Part shown: one piece after another, positions 58,909 through 64,000 of the stretch | Position numbering within the stretch: the first letter of the stretch is position 1 | Layout: every line of letters begins with the position of its first letter | DNA from: a virus | Taxonomy: Duplodnaviria; Caudoviricetes | Direction: 5' to 3' (one strand) | Virus record (IMG/VR): IMGVR_UViG_3300007722_000012 | Span: 1,484-65,483 of that record | Length of the DNA: 64,000 bases | Made by a program: the position numbers and the translations under genes | Notes under the pieces: model-generated | What the model saw: only the letters and a program-made list of their open reading frames with translations | What the model was told of the DNA's origin: nothing | Database searches by the model: none

Positions 58909-60516
58909 TTAATTAAACACGAACCCATCTATGATTTCTTCAGACCCATCGTTATGAAACCCGATTGGGAGAGCGTCCTGTTCTTCCTGTAATCTACGTT
59001 CCACGATAATTCGCTCTTTGACCGAGACATCCGTGAGTTCCTCGAACTTAACGCTGGATGTTAAGTAAGCGAACATAACTAATGCCATCACAAGATCGTC
59101 GTTACCTGTATCGGCTTCGAATGACTTACCTTTGGCCACAAAGTTGCTCAGTTCGATCAAGATTTCTGCGTCGTTCAAGACTAGTTTATCCATTTCGACC
59201 AGCTGTTTGAGCAAGTTACACCCCAACCGCTTAGTCTTAGTCGTGGTTCGTACACCAGCAACTGAGTTTTGCCCACCCCAAATGACAATCGTACTAGAGT
59301 TACTTCCACCCTTGACGTTATCGCCTCTTGTCGAAAAGACAGTTTCCTCATACTCAAGGTCGTAGTACAGTGCATTAGCCACCGATTCCCCGATATCGTT
59401 GTTCTCGATATAGCAAAGTGCACTGTTGTACTCCAGCGCCATCTTATGGATGACCATCGGATATAACATACTTGAAATGGTATTATTCCGATATTTGAAA
59501 ACAACTTTATAAGGCAAGTCTGTGACATCAATAATCAAGAAGGCTGAATAATCTCCACCAGTCCCTCGAGCAGTATCTGCGCACAAAGTATATTTATGGT
59601 TTTCAATCGGTCGTTCATAAACACAGGTAGTACTATTCGTCAGCAGTGGGGTAACAAACGGGATCGATTTTAGTTTAGCGGCTGAGATTAACGTGTTAGA
59701 AGCGCCTATAAAGTCGCCTTCCATTTCTTGCGCGAATTTTATTGGGCCCAGGTCGATCTTCATATTATCGGCCCAGGCTTGATCACGAGTTGGAATTGAA
59801 CGCCAATCTGCAAACACAGCTGTGAATTCGTTAATTTTGTTCTCAGCTTCTTTCCACATCTTGTAGAAATGGTTCATTCCTGCGGGCGTGCTAATGATAG
59901 CAAGTTTAGAAGTTTTACCAGATGAAATCGTTGGATAAACAGAGGCAAAAAACTCATCTGCTATATTGTTTGAAATGTGGGCGAACTCATCTAGAAATAG
60001 TAAGTTGATAGATTCTCCCCGAATAGCCGAGGCAGATGTTGCGGAGGCGAGAATACGACTCCCATTTTCTAGTTCAATAGAAGATTTATTCCAACTACGC
60101 ACACCATGTTGCAACCATTTTGGTAGATGCTCATAAGCCAATTTTGTTCGAGCTAAGATTTCCCGGGCTAGTTTAGCCTTATTAGCAAGAATGGCACAAG
60201 TTTTAGATTCATTGAAGATAATATAATGAACGAAATATGCAGCCATAACTGTAGTTTTACCGAGCTGACGACTGCAGTTTGCTATAACCCGATTGGTATT
60301 ATGGACGGCAAGAATAATTTCTTTTTGAAACCCATAAAGTTTCATGGGCTGTAACCCAAAGTCGATCGTTACTATTTTGATATACTTCTCGATGAAGTAA
60401 ATAGGATCATCACGACAGGTTTTCCACTCTTTGATTTGATCAAGCGTCCAATCTACTTGAACACCTAAACTTTTTATGAGTTGATTGCCTAGATAACCTC
60501 TATCAAATATAGCCAT
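58909..60516 (-). CDS. 17: Terminase large subunit gp17
   Basis: RQLGKTT, LDEFAH, STP.G.NHF, DDLVM. Confidence 0.97.
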   Translation of the reverse strand: MAIFDRGYLGNQLIKSLGVQVDWTLDQIKEWKTCRDDPIYFIEKYIKIVTIDFGLQPMKLYGFQKEIILAVHNTNRVIANCSRQLGKTTVMAAYFVHYIIFNESKTCAILANKAKLAREILARTKLAYEHLPKWLQHGVRSWNKSSIELENGSRILASATSASAIRGESINLLFLDEFAHISNNIADEFFASVYPTISSGKTSKLAIISTPAGMNHFYKMWKEAENKINEFTAVFADWRSIPTRDQAWADNMKIDLGPIKFAQEMEGDFIGASNTLISAAKLKSIPFVTPLLTNSTTCVYERPIENHKYTLCADTARGTGGDYSAFLIIDVTDLPYKVVFKYRNNTISSMLYPMVIHKMALEYNSALCYIENNDIGESVANALYYDLEYEETVFSTRGDNVKGGSNSSTIVIWGGQNSVAGVRTTTKTKRLGCNLLKQLVEMDKLVLNDAEILIELSNFVAKGKSFEADTGNDDLVMALVMFAYLTSSVKFEELTDVSVKERIIVERRLQEEQDALPIGFHNDGSEEIIDGFVFN

Positions 60517-60518
60517 AT

Positions 60519-61223
60519 TTAACTTGGATCCCAGATACTGCTTATAACTTCTCCAGTATCTAAGTCGCCTATTGCAGTATAATACGCGTGAGGATCTTTA
60601 GTATTAATGTCAGCATCAACACGAGTAATACGTGATGCAGGACCTGGGTTACCGTATAGATTAAGTTTCAATGTGAAGTCAAATTGATGTGTTGATAATT
60701 GAACATTACGGAAGTCACCTTCATAATCTTGATTTGCCGTAACCGAATTGAGTATGATAGGAATATTCTGGGTAATCTTCATATCTTCTACCGTGTTGAT
60801 CGACATGATAAATTCGGGCATAAACTTAGGTAGAATTTGTTCAACAACCGACAGAGCATCTTGCGTACCCTTCGTTAGAAGATATAAACTAATATTCAGG
60901 TTGTATGGAACGGGTGCGAAGATACCAGCACCATCACAAATTATTTTCGAGTTACGATTCGCTACGCGGGTGGGGTCGTAGGAGTAGCTGGTGATCTCGA
61001 ACGCCAATCGAGGTAGTGTAACTCTGATTTGAGCATCAAGATCTGGATCCTGACGAAGCCTAACGAGGATATTTTCCTTTGGTGCGTAGGTTATAGGTAC
61101 ATTAAGAATCTGCGCAATTACACTGTTCTCGTCCCGACGAATCACCTTTAGCTTTGAGAAGAGTGCGCCGAAGCCCACAACGGTATTTGCTATAGTCTGA
61201 TGGTAGAATTCTTGCTCAAACAT
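60519..61223 (-). CDS. 15: Tail sheath stabilizer gp15
   Basis: FG.LF, VP..YAPK, LPR..FE, EQILP.F.P. Confidence 0.92.
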   Translation of the reverse strand: MFEQEFYHQTIANTVVGFGALFSKLKVIRRDENSVIAQILNVPITYAPKENILVRLRQDPDLDAQIRVTLPRLAFEITSYSYDPTRVANRNSKIICDGAGIFAPVPYNLNISLYLLTKGTQDALSVVEQILPKFMPEFIMSINTVEDMKITQNIPIILNSVTANQDYEGDFRNVQLSTHQFDFTLKLNLYGNPGPASRITRVDADINTKDPHAYYTAIGDLDTGEVISSIWDPS

Positions 61224-61232
61224 ATTTGTAAA

Positions 61233-61373
61233 GTTTATTTTGGTTTATAAGAAAGGATGGTATAATATATTACGTACCCGGTCGGTAGTTGCTGTTGGTT
61301 GGTTGATGCCTGCTTACTACCTTACTGGATATTCTCGCAGCGAGGCCGCTAGGCCGCTAGGCCTGTGATAGCT
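61233..61373 (+). repeat. Duplicated promoter + non-coding element, copy 2
   Basis: Near-identical to 25470-25602, with one extra 8-bp gctaggcc unit. Confidence 0.9.
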
Positions 61374-62034
61374 AGAATGAGCCAAACGGATTTTGTGGGT
61401 TGTTAGCTATAAACTCTTCGGCTCTAGTTGTGAACTTATTATTATCAGCATTACCGTGACCAAGCGATTCATCTGGATCAAGGCGCTGATCTGTATCCTG
61501 TGTAAATTTCTGTTCAAAGATATCCACTTCTGGAATACCAGTAGATATTTTCTCAGAGCTGTAACGGAACAATTCTACTGAGAGCTTGTATGTGTAAAAC
61601 TGGCCGAGTTGATAAAATGGTGATTGATGATCAACGAATTTAATTTCAAAAAGACCTTTATTAAAATTAGCATAGATAAGATCACCTTCTGAAGGTCGGT
61701 TAGGTAGTACTGATGTGCCATGTTGGCCAACCGATTTACCCCATGATGACTTACTTATCTGAAAGATCGCGGTCGATTCAATCTGTAATCCAAATTTAGA
61801 TGCAAAGCTATTCTGCCCCCCAAAACTATCCATGGTTTCAACATAGATATTGATTGGGTATGCATGCTTGAATTCTGATAAGCGATCCTCGCCAAGAATA
61901 GTATCTTCTGCAACTAATGCTCGAGGAATATACAGCATCGGCATCGAGTGTATATCTATCGCTTCTGCATGCAATTTTTCCAAGATGAGATTAGAATTTC
62001 CATATTTAGATGGAATGAGACGCAATGTTGACAT
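61372..62034 (-). CDS. 14: Neck protein gp14
   Basis: YIPR, SKFGL, RPSEGDLIY, PFYQLG, NPFG. Confidence 0.93.
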   Translation of the reverse strand: MSTLRLIPSKYGNSNLILEKLHAEAIDIHSMPMLYIPRALVAEDTILGEDRLSEFKHAYPINIYVETMDSFGGQNSFASKFGLQIESTAIFQISKSSWGKSVGQHGTSVLPNRPSEGDLIYANFNKGLFEIKFVDHQSPFYQLGQFYTYKLSVELFRYSSEKISTGIPEVDIFEQKFTQDTDQRLDPDESLGHGNADNNKFTTRAEEFIANNPQNPFGSF

Positions 62035-62037
62035 AGG

Positions 62038-62781
62038 TTACATCATGAAGAAGCCCAACGGAGCTTGGTTGTTTATGATCTCATCCTCGATATCCTTAAT
62101 CTCTGCATTAGCATCTGCTAGCATGGATTTTCCATCCATCGTAATACCGCCGGGCATCGTAATGTTATCAAATTTGTAATACGCCATCGCCCACTTTTTC
62201 TTGAATCGTGCTGTTGTATATTCCTTGAATAGACGGTTATTCCAGAACTTGGTGTTCTCTTCAGGATTCAGAATTGCATAACAATCCAACATCAGCCAAG
62301 TACCCACGACAGCCCTAAGATTCCAATTCATATCAATATAGAGCTTGTCAGAGTTACGGTTAAATCTAAACTGTCTCTGAATATTGAGTTGGTTTTCAAT
62401 CAGTGAGAGATGCTGCATAACCTGACTATAATACACCATGTCGGTCGAAGCTAGATTTCGCATCATGTCAGAAGCTCGGAACTGGTATTCAAAGTCAAAA
62501 ATATTGGCTTGAGTTGCGCCTGCATTTGATACAGGAAAGATTCGATTTATACCCCAGATTTTGGCGGGAATAGGAATCCAACCGTTTTCGATATCCTCAG
62601 CGGTAATTTGATGTTTGTAGAAGAAACGATCAGTGCCGTCGTAATAATATTCTTGGAAGAATTCGAGTGACTCGTATATAGCATCTTCTTGGGATTCTGG
62701 GGTAATATCGATCTCAACTAGAGGTGAACCTAATGCTCTAAAACAATAGTCTTTTAGATCCTGGCGGCTGGTTAATGTCAT
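62038..62781 (-). CDS. 13: Neck protein gp13
   Basis: L..YC.R.LG.P, KF....MPGG.T.DG. Confidence 0.93.
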   Translation of the reverse strand: MTLTSRQDLKDYCFRALGSPLVEIDITPESQEDAIYESLEFFQEYYYDGTDRFFYKHQITAEDIENGWIPIPAKIWGINRIFPVSNAGATQANIFDFEYQFRASDMMRNLASTDMVYYSQVMQHLSLIENQLNIQRQFRFNRNSDKLYIDMNWNLRAVVGTWLMLDCYAILNPEENTKFWNNRLFKEYTTARFKKKWAMAYYKFDNITMPGGITMDGKSMLADANAEIKDIEDEIINNQAPLGFFMM

Positions 62782-62990
62782 AGTGTTTATCCGGTGTATT
62801 AGTTATTTATCAACTCTAATGCGGACAAATTTAAAGATACTACTGTATATCCCTATCGATTATAAATGGCGCGTATTAGATAATAGCGGATATAGAGGCG
62901 TGTCGTCCGCACCCAAATTTTCTGGCTATCTCTTCTGATACGGGTATGGCCCTTTTGTTACTCGCCTACCGTATGGTCAGTCGTTGGGTA

Positions 62991-63640
62991 TCAGGCCAGC
63001 CCCATGGCTTTTCTAATTGAAGTGGCTGAAATCTTAGTCACACCCTCGTCGAATGTCTCTTGCTCAATCTTGTATCCCACATCACGGCCATAGGTGATGT
63101 TGGTCACGTTGGGGACTACTTGAATCAGGTACTGACCTTGGTACAGTGGATCCAGGTCGTGAGCGATGAAAGACTTCACTGCGTCGTCGGCGAACGGGTT
63201 ACTCTTATTCCATCCATTACAATCACGTATCTGAATGACAACTTGACCTGTCTTTGCAATAGCACGCTCAAATAACGCACGATGTCCTGCATGCCATGGT
63301 TGCCAACGACCTAGCATTTGAACAGTTTCTTTCTTCCAGTCGAACACCGGTCTGCGTTGCTCATCAATGATGTGACGACCAATGAACTCAGCCCATTTGG
63401 AGCATCAAATTCGGATACACGGAAATCATAGACCTGCGGAGGTACGAAGGCTTTGTTGGTGTCTTCAAACCGACCTTGATCAATGGTGTCCATCCAGACA
63501 ACCCAATCAGCCCAATCAGCCTTGAAGTTGTTCCGCATCTCAGGAAGAGGAGCTACGAAGTCACAGATCACATAGTCACCTGTAGAACGTAGCGCAAACT
63601 CAGCCATACGCAGCGATTGCCTGATGCGGGCGGTTAGGTC
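62991..63640 (-). pseudogene. Adenylylsulfate-kinase/nucleotidyltransferase fusion, 5'-truncated and frameshifted
   Basis: R.RQS.RM, ICDFVAP, GRFEDTN..F..P; then GRWQPWHAGH...ISATSIR. Confidence 0.7.
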
Positions 63641-63678
63641 GTCCTTGACATGGGTGACTATAAAATGCGCGATGAACA

Positions 63679-63897
63679 TTACAACTTACTCGCCTGCACA
63701 AACAGATCATCAAGCTGCTCATCCGACAAAACCAAAGCGGTAGCAAGTGCCAACACCAGGGCTTTGTTGCGCTGCACCGACTGCGAGTACTCCCACTCTA
63801 TTTTCGCTGCGCTGCGTTGTGGCTCGGGCATGGCTTCCAGCGCTGTTGCTACGTCGCCCAGCATACCCGCTGCGAGCAGTGCCAATCCAAGGGGCAA
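63679..63897 (-). CDS. Fragment of a tail-fibre-associated small protein
   Basis: IEWEY...V.R....V..L...L.LSDEQLDDLF.QA. Confidence 0.45.
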   Translation of the reverse strand: MPLGLALLAAGMLGDVATALEAMPEPQRSAAKIEWEYSQSVQRNKALVLALATALVLSDEQLDDLFVQASKL

Positions 63898-64000
63898 CGG
63901 TGCTTATGATTTTTGACCATTCCATATCAAACTCCTTGATAAAACCGACGCTCTTGAATTGTCGGCTGGTTGAAGTATTTTCGCGGATTACCACACATCC

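Noticed and set aside
5794-62179. Numerous plus-strand ORFs antisense to core genes
   Set aside because: Shadow frames of well-supported minus-strand genes. Only the three plus-strand endonucleases have their own promoter and SD.

Overview
This window is part of a large lytic T4-like (Tevenvirinae-related) myovirus genome, with almost all genes on the minus strand. From left to right it holds: (1) a tRNA/ncRNA cluster at 1-3100, with about 9 canonical tRNAs and several non-canonical tRNA-like or structured RNAs; (2) the T4 replication/recombination block (gp41, UvsX, gp43 fractured by a split intein, DexA, RegA, gp62/44/45, a MoxR/vWA pair, gp46/47, gp55); (3) a late accessory block with lysis genes and many probable capsid-internal proteins; (4) a split uvsW, uvsY and gp3; (5) the head/tail module gp23-gp13, with an intein in the portal and several free-standing GIY-YIG-type endonucleases. 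The most striking observation is a candidate ribosome-coupled attenuator upstream of the tRNA operon. Its 48-codon leader uses all 20 amino acids and 37 different codons, and its stop codon lies in an antiterminator strand, so it could sense depletion of the tRNA pool. Other notable features are a GTTTAT-N22-TATAAT promoter class, a duplicated promoter-driven non-coding element, a capsid-targeted parvovirus-type phospholipase A2 and a protease-site polyprotein. All calls were made by eye from the sequence, with no database searches. Several single-base frameshifts look like assembly errors.
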